Assembly (NCBI RefSeq): GCF_022539665.2 | Contig: NC_081331.1 | Location: 3,782,001 to 3,846,000 of the forward strand | From: Daphnia carinata | Lineage: Eukaryota | Direction: 5' to 3' | DNA: 64,000 nucleotides | Shown here: positions 52,191 through 64,000 of the stretch, one piece after another | Numbering within the stretch: the first letter of the stretch is position 1 | Layout of the letters: every line of letters begins with the position of its first letter | Notes under the pieces: generated by a model | Seen by the model: the letters and a program-made list of their open reading frames with translations, nothing else | Databases searched by the model: none | Told to the model about the DNA's origin: nothing | Made by a program: the position numbers and the translations under genes

Positions 52191-53949
52191 GGCCTTATTA
52201 TAGCTTTAGTATTACAAACGAATTTATTCATTTTTTTTTTGCTTCAGGTATTGGAACAACTAATTACATGGAGGTTTTGCATCAATTTGGGACTTGAGTT
52301 GCCGGTAGTTGGTTGAAAAGAGCATCAATGGGTAAGAATGAAAATAAATAATACTTAACATTTCAAATCTTTTGATGTTGTATATTGGCTAATATAGGAC
52401 CACAATTTTTTTCTCCATTCATCTTTAGAATCCTGGATTGCTCACTGGTTATGGAACATTCTCGTCTGTTCAGGCCAAAAGTATGACAAATCTATCCACA
52501 TCAAACATGGAACCGATTACCGTATTGTACACAGAAATGTTTGAAGGTGGAGTATTTAAAATTATAAATAATGCATTAGTGGATTTCATTTAATTCATTG
52601 TTGGGGTTTTGTCTATCCTACGTCATTTACTAATTGTCCTTGAATAGGTTAGACTTTTAAGGTTCTAGATTTGCCTTTAGGCACTATAGTTATTTACTAT
52701 TTGAAGTTAACACTTTGCACCTTGGGTAGTGAAAGAATGTGTCGTGCTGCGTTCAAACATTAGAAAGTCCAGCAGCTGCAAGTGGTTTCATTGCTGTCAA
52801 TGTTCTTCCTTCTGATAAAGCAGATACTACCAACGTTCGAACTAATTTTTATAGCGCTAGCTTACGTAGTATGTGATCCTTTGGCGATGCGTTGGCTTTT
52901 CGTATTACTTGTTTTTTGTACTTACGTAACAATTATGCCCATTTTGGAACACATTCTAAAAACGTCGTTCTGTTTCATCATTTTTTCGATAATATCGAAT
53001 TTAACAAACTTGTAATTTTTGGAAATGTGTTAAAAAATTACTGGCTAATGGTTCTGAATGATTTTGTTTATTTGTTATTGTTCTACGTCGTGTGATGAAT
53101 TTGCTATTTTTATCTTTTGGTCGTAAACATTGGAGGGAAAGAAGCCGTTGTTAATTAAGTAGAATTTTGTTCACTGGCAGACAAACTGCTGTGTTATCTT
53201 TGAAGACAGTCCGAATAGTTCGGTTACAAATTGCACAAGGAAAGTTGCGAGAAATAGGGCATCTTTAGGTATTGCGCTGTTAAAATGAGTCGCACCTCAG
53301 TTTCTTCCACCTAAATCTTACCCTCAATACATTGTGAGAATACTAATAAATACTGTTTTTTTTTTCTTTTCAGATGAAATGGGTTCGATGCATGTTGAAG
53401 TAATGTTCCAGAAAGCAGCATTCCAGGGGCAAGAATCTAAGTTGTAAGGCTGATCAACACATTATATATTGTTCAACTTACTTTCTTTGCTCCTTGGTGA
53501 ATTTGAATTAAATTGGAAATTGAAAGTTATTGAACTAATTTTCCAATCAGTTAGATGGAATTTGTGGAAGTTACCGAAATGTCAGGACGGAGTAATACGC
53601 AAAATTTGGATTCGATAAAAGTGTTGTTATGTGGTGAATACTTAGAACGTCTGTTTGCACTTCCAGAAGTTTTAAGGCTTGGGACATGATAAAGGCTGTA
53701 GATGGTGGAATTTGGATTGCAAGTCAAAATCGTGTTGTTGCCTGTCGACCATTAAGTAACAGTTCGAGCTAGTGTGTCTTAAGAATGATTGCTTCTTAGA
53801 TACTAAAAATAAATACACAAAGATATAATTGGAATTGGTTTTGTATTGTCCCACCTCCACCCACAATTCCACCACGTTTTAAATTACATGTTATTTAATA
53901 CATACATTTTACAGTATACAATACAAACATACATACATACATAAACACT

Positions 53950-54290
53950 TAAGCTACCCCGTTGGCTGCCACGCCATTGCAACCCGTAGGTTGCTCTCTA
54001 CAGTAGCTACCATCGCTTCAGATGGAAGACGATGCAAGGGGGACTTGTCTTTCGACAAGTCCGGGCTGACTTGACGGTGGAGACCTTTATGGGAATGCAC
54101 ACCCCGGGTTACTCCACCATCAAATCGACAAAGAGAAGGCCCTGCTGGTGCATTGCCTAAATGCGCCCGAAGGCGCAGGCGACTGCCCTACCCCAATAGG
54201 TGATCAACCTAGGGGTAGAACAGCGCCGCCGGTCCCTACAACTACAAAAAAAATGGGAGAAAAATGGGTGGCAGCCAACGGGTTAGCTTA
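53950..54290 (-). ncRNA. Unrecognised, highly structured ~340-nt RNA element
   Basis: 23-bp closing stem with one mismatch. Minus-strand loops are C(UUCG)G at 54162-54177, C(UACG)G at 53979-53994 and C(GAAA)G at 54041-54062. A 15-bp helix (54068-54082/54112-54126) and a 12-bp helix (54183-54194/54212-54223) are continuous only with minus-strand G-U pairs. Confidence 0.75.
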
Positions 54291-54419
54291 CAATACATTA
54301 CACGACAATACAAAACAAACTATACCAAAAAACGCGCGGCTCCACGATGACCGGGATGAGGCGAAGACAAGGGCGACCAAAGGCGATGCAGCAACTGCGA
54401 TTAGTTCGATGACGGAAGA

Positions 54420-54765
54420 CAGCAAAGGCGGCGACGGCGATGACGGCGATGACGGCGAGAGGATAACGGCGATGACGGCGAGAGGTGACGGCGATGACGA
54501 CGAGACGAGGAAGGCGATGACGACGAGACGAGGAAGGCGAGACGAGGAAGGCGAGACGAGGAAGGCGATGACGACGAGACGAGGAAGGCGAGACGAGGAA
54601 GGCGATGACGGCGGGACGATGACGGCGATAATGGCGATGGCGGCGAGACGATGACGGCGAGACGATGGCGGCGAGAAGCGGACGGCGGTGATGACGAGAA
54701 GCGGACGGCAGTGATGGCGAGAAGCGGACGGCGGTGATGGCGAGAAGCGGACGGCGGTGAGGTAC
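54420..54765. repeat. GC-rich low-complexity minisatellite (GACGGCGAT-type units, 14-bp GACGAGGAAGGCGA units, four 23-bp CGAGAAGCGGACGGCGGTGATGG units)
   Basis: Direct repeats are visible. The minus strand gives patches of SPSSSRRHR that switch frame. Confidence 0.85.
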
Positions 54766-56029
54766 GATCAGCTGGATGACGATGAGTAGAAAATTAGGTT
54801 GGGAACAGGACTCATTTCTTTTTCATTACCAATCTGTATAAAAAAAGGAAATAAATCAGATGAAAGAACAAGAGCATAATCATGGCCATCTGCAATGAAA
54901 AACATTTGTAAAACACGAAAAACAAACAAAATTCATCAAAGAGAAAGATATACACTACATGACAACCAAAGTTTTCTATTGGCAACCTACTTGCAACAGT
55001 ACCATTTAACAAACCAATGTGTTATTGAGCTTTTTACATTGAGTAAAGATTCTGAAAGTCTAGCGGAAAAGTCTACTACAGATAAGTTGTATGGGGAACT
55101 AAAAGGTGAAAAATATTACTACTTCCATTAGTCCACTTCAATGTAAATGTGCAACTACCATATATCTAAAATAATAAGAGAACACCCAGTAAGCTTGAGT
55201 TTGCAAACTACCCACTACAACCTTATGAGTCAATTGACAATCTGTTGCGAGGGACTCATTTGAAACCAATGCTCCCATGGTAAAATTTACAAGTATTTAA
55301 ATTTGTCTTCTATGCTCTGGAGAGAAATTAAGTGACAAATAAAGTAAAACTAAACTAAAGATTAAATTTCACAAGAACATAAGAGATGAAGCACTTTTTC
55401 TTGGTTGCAATTTGAGTCCAACTTTCCTATGGTTTGTTAACGAGCAGCCATCTAACTATTCTAACTCTTAAGCTAAAAAATAATGTCAGACTTAGATTTA
55501 TGGTCATTTTTAACTTACTTGATGCTAAAAACGCACGAAAACAACGATGGAATACACAAAATTAACGAAGCAAAGGCTGTTGGGACGTTTAGTCCGCCAT
55601 GACAGCCATAGCAGACGACAGTCTCCTGCAATCCTTAACATTGAATCATAAATAATAAATAAATATTGAATTTTACGAGTATCGAACTAGAGATCTTCCT
55701 GTTACCAGCATAGCACTCTAATCATCTAACCTAACACGCCAGTATTTAACACAGCATAGCATGATAAGGTTATAATAATGGTATGTGGTATATCTTCATG
55801 CTATGATCTATATTTACCAGGTATACCTTCCCATTTGCGTGATACATAGTGCTAGTCGTCTCTGTTAACGATGAAGTGTCATAAGTATATCAATTCGCCC
55901 GATCAACCAACAGCAAAATAATAAAACAAGCACGAAAGAAGCCACTACACCATTTCATATGTGATCAAAATGCTTAAAATGTTTGGCATATTAATGTTCA
56001 TTTTTTAGTTTTTGCGAAGTTGGAAAAAA

Positions 56030-56400
56030 AAATTACCGGAAGTGACCGGAAGTAGACTATATCTCCAGAAATACTGGGCCCATAACAAAACGAATATGAT
56101 TTTCGTGATCCTCGTGAAATTTAAGGTGTGTCTGACCTATTTTGACCTTTTTTTGGCGAAAAGTCCAATTTGGCCAAATCGCGATTTTTCCTGAACTATA
56201 GTTCAGGTAAATTTGCGATTTTTGACGATTTTCGGGTATTTCCTACTGACCCATGGATTCGACCCCAAATTTCACGAGGATTACGAAATTGTAGTTCTTT
56301 TTTCATTCACACCAACAGATAGTGAGTTATAAGCATTCTCAAACCGGAAGTTGTACTGAAAGTTAAAATTTCGAAAATTTAAAAAATGAACTATGTTCTC
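56030..56400. mobile_element. MITE/foldback-like remnant with an internal inverted repeat and CCGGAAGT motifs
   Basis: TTTCGTGATCCTCGTGAAATTT (56101-56122) is inverted with AAATTTCACGAGGATTACGAAA (56267-56288). ACCGGAAGT occurs twice in tandem near 56035-56053 and again at 56343. Confidence 0.5.
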
Positions 56401-57175
56401 TTTCACAAGTTACAAAAGATCTGCGTAGTTTTAAACGTAAACTATAGTAAATGAACATAACATGGCCTTTCAAAGTTCTAAAAGTTCAGTTTTCAGGTAC
56501 GACCTGTATACCACTTTAAAAATCACTACCACACACATAATAATCGAAGCAAATGTTTTAAAACCCTCCCCTTAATTTTGTAGCCATCAGAATTAAGGGG
56601 ATAGTGGAACAGATATGGTTATTACCAGACAGAAGTAAACGGGTGATCCTATTCTTGCAGAATATTAGCAAATAGCACATCTTCAAGAATGTCTTCAAGG
56701 TTTATTTACGAAAAAATCTTCTGCTACAAACTATGAATATTTTGTTGCATTGGGAAATGACTGCTATCCATATAGTTTTTGCATTAATATCCAGGCATAA
56801 ACATCTGCATTCAAATTCATAAATAAGTTACAATTGATTCACAAAGTAATAAAATCATGCAACAAACCATATGTGCACAGTACACAACAGAATACATCTG
56901 TTACTTGCAACTCCACCACTGGATATCTTTACTAATAAAGAAGAACAAGATTAACATGTTACAAATGTAAAAGTAGTAAATTATCATCTTAATAATCCTG
57001 AAAATTGGCTTTTGGTTGTAAACACAAAAACCATCAATTTTCACCAAATATCATGCACAGTTCTGCTTGTAACACTGGCTTTACCCAGAAGGATACAACA
57101 TGAGACCTGGTTTTCCAAAAGTATGTTAACATTACCTCACTGTAAGCCCAAGTGCAACGGCTGACATTTCGTTTA

Positions 57176-57420
57176 GGTAATGAAGCAGGGCAATATTTGC
57201 ACATCGATAATAGGGGTGGAGTTAAAAACAACAAAAACAACAGAAATAACGATACCGTTCAGCACGTTGTCAACGCAAAAACAAAATAAACAATGAGAAT
57301 CACATGACAACAAAAAATAACAATAGTTCCATTTGACACGCTAGAGGCTGATGAGTCTGCAGCGCCATCTCGTGGAAATACTGTTTGGCCAGGTTTTAAA
57401 ATAAACCCGACAAAATAAGC
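57176..57420 (+). repeat. Repeat module A, forward copy abutting module B
   Basis: Collinear with the reverse complement of 45236-45470. Confidence 0.8.
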
Positions 57421-57790
57421 ATCGCACTAACGCTGTAGCGTACTGGCGCGCTAGCATTGCGTCAAATACTCGGTATATTTCAAAAACAATTAAGTTCATA
57501 AAAAAAATAGCAATTTATTCGGAATCAGCATTCAATTTTGAGTATACCCTGTGATATTCAACCAATTCCGATGAGTGTCAGTTTTTTCAGAAAAAAAATT
57601 TAAGCCCGACCAAGAAAAGTCGGGGTTAAAAACTTTTTTCGGTAAGTGTATGAAGAGAATTAACTAGAAACGTGACCGGTAGATGGCGATAGCAGTAAAA
57701 CAGAAAAAGGCTAATATTTTTAATTTTTATTTTGGGTAAGACGGATTGCCATATAAAAGTAGGTGCGCAATAACTAGTATGATAGCGCTG
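57420..57790 (+). mobile_element. Dispersed repeat module B, copy 3
   Basis: Direct repeat of 45800-46163. The 3' extension AAAAGTAGGTGCGCAATAACTAGTATGATAGCGCTG also matches 36045-36079. Confidence 0.8.
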
Positions 57791-58827
57791 GTTTTCCAGG
57801 AATGGGTCCTTCCATAATAGACCGCGTTGTATTCATCATTTGTTTGAAGTCCCTCCTCTGGGCGGGTTGAGTTACGCCGAGCGTCCTTCAGCAGCATGGT
57901 GCAGTATAGGCCGACGGCGCTCCTTTCATAGAGCAGCAGCAAGTAGCTGATCGTAATTCGTGCTTTTACACACAAAATACAATCTATACAGTACCCACCA
58001 GAAGAATTGCATCACCCTCTGCGAATTTTGGTGTTTTAACCCGTGTGGGATGTGCAACGTTAGAACAATAGCGGAATCAAAGCGGTTTCGGTTGCTATCA
58101 CTTTGAATTCAAAGTACTTTACAACTATAGGTTCTACGAAAAATGAAATCGATTGTCATGATTGTCTTCACCGCTACAGCACGCTACAGCGCTAACGTGG
58201 TGTAGCACAGTAATTCTCTTCTCGAGGGCCTTCTCACTTGATCACGTTTCACAAAAATTTAGATCTAGTGAAATATACAAAATTTTGACGCGCACAATAA
58301 GTCGATATATTTCCTGTGCTGGCTGCAATACCCTATCTATAGGCGCACTGACTGTGCAATGTCATGACCGTTTCTTCAAATTTATTAATTTACCTGTATA
58401 TTGAGGAACTTTTCTCTTTCGAGCAGAGAAACAAACGGAGCATTTAGAAGAGAACTTCCGCTCAGCGGCATTCGGAACACTAAGTTAAAGGCTTAGGCCA
58501 CGGCTCACCAAATTCTTCCGGAATTCTCTGGTTGTCGACAAATGATTCAGTTTTATTCTATAGCAAATGGATACCAATTATTCACATACCCAAAATTTAA
58601 AAAAGGACTAAAATATAACAAAATAACAAATGCAAAACACCAGACGAAAACTGTACATGAAGGTGTCAAGATATCTTCTATCTTGAATTGTCCCGATACA
58701 CAATTTAGTAATGTGAACACTTCTTAATAAATTTATTTCTAAGTAGAAAATATTTCACTTGAACAATAGTCAAGCTATATCGACGATCCAGATCCGAGGA
58801 ATTATATTAACGGGTTACCATAGACTC

Positions 58828-61800
58828 TCACAATTCGTCGGGCGTCCGGTTGGGTTTGGGTTCGTGAACACCATTCAAGCCGGACCTGTCGGCTACTTTG
58901 CTGTAGAATTGACGTAGATGGGTGGCGAATTCGCCGCGGATGCTCCGCATAAATTGAATTAGTTTTTCACCCTTTTCTTTATCCCATTGTTCGTGACCAG
59001 ATAGACCACTCTGCCCGTCGGAGGGGTCACGGGCTAACCGAAGCAAAATCTTCTCTAGTTCTCCAAAATGGCGCCTGGGCAATATGTTCTCAGGCCACAG
59101 GACGCGGAAGCTTGATAAGACATCGTCGATGGATCTTCTAGCAATACCATGATTGATATTAGCCTTATTGCTTTGGAATACTTTCATCAGAGCATTGCGG
59201 ATATCATCAGATAGATCACTCAAGTCCACCGTTTTTTCTGAAGAGGTTAAAATTAATGTTGGCTGTTGCTCGTCTTGCAACTCCAGGAGAAGATGCACTG
59301 TCATCCGTAACAACGTAATAAAGGCTCTTCGTATCTTTTTCTGTTCTTCTTCTTTTTCGGATTTCTCCATCTCTTCAGCGTCTACAGTGAAACTCTCCAA
59401 CTGCGCATGGTCCGTATCGCCACTGACAGCTTCCGTGACGATACTACCTTTTTCATCCATTCGAATAATAAATGTTCCTTTGGCCCTTTCAACGTTATTG
59501 TCTGTTGATTTCTTCAGTTGTTCGGCTTCCTCTTTCATTCGCTCTACTACGATTCGTTTTACTTCACTCCGAAGTTTCTCGACCATACCGTCAGAAGCTA
59601 GATCGGCAGCCGTGGGGAGAATTGACGCGATATCATCCACACGAATTTCATTCGGTGGGAAAATTTCATCTAGGAACATTATTTCACAATAGCTTGTGAG
59701 ATCTTAAAGAATATAAACAAACTTTACCTTGATCGGGCGAGGATTCGGCTAGAGTCACTTGCATTTGGGGATCTTCTTCCAGCGCCTTCATTAATAAATC
59801 GGCATCAGAGGAGTAGAGGAAAACTAGAGGGATCTGTTGGTAAATTGCAACAAAGAAATTAAAAAAACCTATATTTAATTGCCACAGAAACGTTGGAAAG
59901 ATCGTTTACCTTTACGTCCTCTGTGCCGTCTCCAGACATGGCAAAAAGAGGCGCCGCGTCTCCTGAACTACTAGGAGCGTTATCAACTACAATGCCACCA
60001 ACGGCCCCGGCCTTCTGTAGTCGACGAGCCTAAACGAAATACCGAATATTCAATAAAAATTCCCAAAATACAAAACTTCAATTTTCAATTAACCTTTTCG
60101 ACAAACATGCAATCTCCTCTTTGGATGATGACAATCTTTTGTCTCAGTTCGGGTGCATTAGTGGGATCCTTACACATACGGAAAGGCTTTCCGATAGCTA
60201 GGCGGGCCATTACTTTGATATCAGCTTTCAGATCAAGACCAAACTGGGCAGGGCCAGCTTTAAGTACAACGTCTTTAACGGTTCCGCTGGACTGACGTTT
60301 TTGAAATGAAACGATACGAGGTGGATTGTCCGGCTGCGACGAAGCACTTCGCGAAATCTCGACCATTTCTTGCATGAAAAGCAACCCTTCTTCTGCGTCT
60401 TCGGTTGTTTTGGCTTGGGAGTAACTGTGAAGTAGCTGGACTCTTCCATCGGGAAGTCCTACCACAGTGATTCCCATATCACGAAGTAACTTCATGTGTT
60501 CCCCATTGCCAGCCTAATCTGTTGAAACCACATATTTTATTTTGATTTTATGACCACACCAAATGAAGGGGAAGTTATTACCTGGAAATCCAGGGCTTTC
60601 AACTTTCGTTTTAAGCTTCGACGGGTGGGGCAAACTTTATCTACCATATTTTTTAAAGGTAGTCGGATGGACTCTGACCATCTAATAGAGTCTGCAAAGC
60701 CATGGTGGCCAGGGAAAAGGTAGTGATTGCTTGGGCAAGATCTGAGTTGAAATTTAAAAAAAAAATGTTAGCTAAAATAACAATGGCAATCGTGAGGTCA
60801 TTCAACAAACCTTGCATGTTCGACGTCAAAATCCTCTACCGCATTACGCTCTTCCTCCTGTTCAAAACTGCGTAGAGGTACGCTGGTTAAGTTGGAAAGC
60901 CGGGCAAGACTTAGCGGTAGTAAATGAGCTTCGGTCGTAAATACAAAGTCATCCACTTGCAGTGGCAGATCCTCTGGGTGACTGAAGAGTAAGTAAAGAT
61001 ACTTGAAGGTTTCTGAAAGTACGAACGAATCCATCTGGTCTTCGTGTTGGCTTGTGCGAACATCTTTTACGGCGGCATAGCCACATGGCACGCGGGCATA
61101 GCGCTGGAGGCTGGACATCACCTTGGCCCCGGCTTCAAGGTAATACGGGTCGCCGGTAGCTCGATATAGAAAGTATGTGGATTCGACAAATTCGGGACGG
61201 AGTGGATGTTGACCCCAATGGACTTGAAAATCTGTCGTAAATGCTTCGGGTAAAAAGTTGTGCCGTTGCATCACTTGATAAAGCATTTCGTGCGTTTCGA
61301 CAGCGGGCTATAGAATATGGAGCAGAAAATACAGCAATAATTCTTAAATAATAAATGAATATTGTTACTTTGAGATCTCCTTTTAGGACTTGCAATCCAG
61401 GCCAGAAAGCTAACAATGCATCCATGAAATTTCGAGAGTTGGTGTGAGGCCGATGCATATGGACATCAAGTAGTAAAGGGCCCTGGCTGATGTACTTCAT
61501 GACAGCAGTATAATGTCGATTGAAACGTTCTAGGTAACGTTCATCACCCAGTAAAATATACGCTTTCAGGCAGTATTCGTAGTAGGAATCGATGCCGGCT
61601 CCGACGCCTGAATCCCGCCGAGTCCAATCACCATTGTGAATGTTGACAACAGTGCCCATGAGGTCCGAGCTGCGATGCCGTAGAGACCAGAGAGCATCCA
61701 TTGCTTTGTGAGCCCTCTCTTCAAAGATAGGATCACCAGAAAGTCTGGATAGAGCAGCAAACTCGAGGATCATGGTTCCAGCGCAGGCCGTACAGGTCTC

Positions 61801-62424
61801 TTTTGAGTTGCTTAGCTTCTGACTACGAAGACCATACTTGAGATTGACCTTGGAATGGGGTATTCCAGTTGTAGTGTTGAAAGCAGGCAAAAGCCTGTAG
61901 CCGAGATCAAAGGCCATGTTTAGCAGCTCTCCTTTGTACCACAGCATCCTGGAATAATGTTCTTGCAGGTAGCCAGAGAGGACATGGGCTGACAATAGGC
62001 CTCCAAGCATTCGAATGTTTGTCTCAAAGACGGATACAATTATATCATGGTCAAAATGGACATCTTTCAAAATGAGCTTGGCTCCACGTTCAAACTCATC
62101 AAAGTCACCCAAGATGAACAGGGTATCTAAGGAGTCTACAAGGGTTAAAGAAAAGTTCCCCAGAGCATCATCAATGTCTCCACGGCTGTGCTCTGACCCC
62201 CTCCACCTACCCTGACAGCTGAGAGGCATTAGCTCGTCAGCAGGGTAGGCATTTTCCATGTAGGCTTGATATCCATGATAAAACATATCACGAGCTTCTT
62301 CACGTAACTCCTTCTTCCTCTTACTGGTCATGCACTGAATAAAGTTTGAACTCCACATTATAAAACATATGCAGTTGAACAGCAAAACCTGTCCTGCATC
62401 TTTTCCATTCGAAAACAGACGCAT
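58828..62424 (-). CDS. EDEM3: ER degradation-enhancing alpha-mannosidase-like protein 3 (GH47 domain + PA domain, C-terminal PDEL). 7 exons: 62424-61369, 61307-60811, 60741-60582, 60513-60094, 60029-59910, 59833-59728, 59669-58828; about 1066 aa
   Basis: GH47 motifs ([75 protein letters not shown]) and a PA domain ([27 protein letters not shown]). All six introns are GT-AG, 58-76 nt and keep the frame (3201 nt total). Ends in KDEL-like PDEL*. Confidence 0.95.
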
Positions 62425-63325
62425 TTTACAGAAATAAAAGTTTTTTCTTTAAACGAACGAAACTTGCACTGCAGTACAACACAACACTGTTCCGAATTAC
62501 AATTTATCCGTTACTATTGCTAACCATAGTGAAAACAGTTTGAGTTTTCTCAGCAATGCAAGATATTCAAGGTCCCTCCTTTCCGCCAACCACACACTAC
62601 TACAGTACAGCCCGACACCGCAGCTTCTACGTCACCTGTCAATTGACACTCGTGTACAGTGCCTTCCAGCCTGGTTACCGATTATAAATGTGCACCAAAG
62701 ATAAAATAAAAATTTTTTCGTTCTGTTTCTTTTTGTTGGTTTTTAAAGCAAAACGCGGTATTTTTTTAAGAATAAACATGCAAATAAAATAATTATTAAA
62801 ATAAGAACAAAAAAAGAGATACAAATGAATAGTAAAGCCTCTACTCACACAAAGCGCGCGACGAGACAACACACACAAAATAAACAAAAAATAAAAAAAT
62901 GTGCATCATCTTGGGATTGAAGTAGGTTTATTCGAAGTGTAATAGAAATATATATTACTATGAGATTATTCAAAGAGCGAGGCAAGAAGAGAAATGTAAA
63001 ATTTATGGAATGGAACTATTTGGAAAGATGGTCAATGGCGACCAATGTGACTACATACAAGATTCTTTTCAGATCATACATAGATAATATGTTTTAGCTA
63101 CCTAAAACGCGGAAGCAAAATAATTTGTTAATATGAAACGCGTTGTCGTAGTACAATAAAGCTGCTGTCTGGGTATGTTGTGGGTTGGTTTGTTGCGGCC
63201 GCTTAAATGATGGATAAATTTGGGCAGTGTTCCAGTTGCGATGCAAAGGCTGGCGGACCAAGCAAAACGAGTAACTTTTTCAGTTTGTTAAACCGGATTT
63301 CTAAAGCGTTTTTTTTTCTTTTTTT

Positions 63326-63979
63326 TTAGAGGTTCTTAATATGCTTGGGTTTTCGAATAAGGATGGAACAACAGGTCAAGGCCGCCTGTAAGTAAAAAAC
63401 AATGTAAGTACAAATTATGCAGACTGGCTGTGCATACTAAACAAATTGTAAACCTGTAGTTTGGTTATCTTGGCTACTTCTGAAATGTCAAGTTCTAATG
63501 TGTCGCAAGCGAGTTCGTTGAAAACTTTAACTGACTCTTGGAATTCGTCGCTTGTGCGGTGAATTAGCGTTCCATTGATGAATAAACAGTTGGCTGCGTC
63601 ACGATCTGGAACGCGCAGGATTTGATATTGGAATGTCGCTTCTCTTTCCATTCTCTGTATGAAAAGGTATGAAATAAAACCAGAATGATAACAATAAAAT
63701 ATGATGTTGCAAACCTTTAAAACTTCTTCAGAGTCTTTCGTTTTGCTGGCACAGATGATGTCTGGACCAGCCATTGTAACCAAGTTTTTCAAGTGCAAAG
63801 CTCCACTAACCTGTAATTGGGATAAAAGGAAATAGATTTGATTCATTTTCCTTTTGCTAACATCCTATTATCCTAGTTTACCTTCACCGGAGTGCAAGGG
63901 AACTCTGGAAAGGCTGCTGCAACTGCACGGGCTCCACTAAGGTTTGTGCGATCAGAGATTCCAACAAAGAACTCTTTGC
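63326..63979 (-). CDS. DDAH: N(G),N(G)-dimethylarginine dimethylaminohydrolase, 3' part (5' exons lie beyond the window). Exons 63979-63882, 63810-63715, 63654-63454, 63385-63326
   Basis: Spliced translation GKEFFVGISDRTNLSGARAVAAAFPEFPCTPVK-VSGALHLKNLVTMAGPD...AANCLFINGTLIH...-AALTCCSILIRKPKHIKNL*. It has the DDAH catalytic His (LHLK) and Cys (LTCCS) contexts and in-frame GT-AG introns. Confidence 0.92.
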
Positions 63980-64000
63980 CTAATAGAAATAATAACCGTG

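Noticed and set aside
54148..54654. 168-aa plus-strand ORF
   Set aside because: Non-ATG start. It is open because of GC-rich repeats and the antisense of the structured element.
57348..57380. Hammerhead ribozyme suggested by CTGATGAG...GAAA
   Set aside because: No stem II forms between the motifs, and the inverted paralogue at about 45290-45315 lacks the core.
59153..59692. 179-aa plus-strand ORF
   Set aside because: Antisense shadow of the EDEM3 last exon.

Overview
Eukaryotic genomic DNA. The 57-70 nt GT-AG introns, long A/T tracts and a Tyr/Thr/Ala/Pro-rich secreted-protein gene suggest a compact crustacean genome such as Daphnia (inference). There are three compartments. (1) 1-~33.6 kb is non-coding and rich in homopolymers and microsatellites, with no coding exon I can support. 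(2) ~33.7-58.4 kb is a repeat/pseudogene island. It holds a 140-bp x ~15 tandem array whose unit reads as an 83-nt exon plus a 57-nt intron with a TACTAAC branch point, a decayed Tyr-rich gene, and a ~5.2-kb palindrome with a near-identical 790-bp hairpin-rich core and three tRNA-like elements at its centre. It also holds a ~340-nt minus-strand segment folding with UUCG, UACG and GAAA tetraloops, and a dispersed repeat family carrying CTCF-like motifs. (3) 58.8-64 kb has two intact minus-strand genes: a complete 7-exon EDEM3 and the 3' part of DDAH. All alignments and folds were done by eye.
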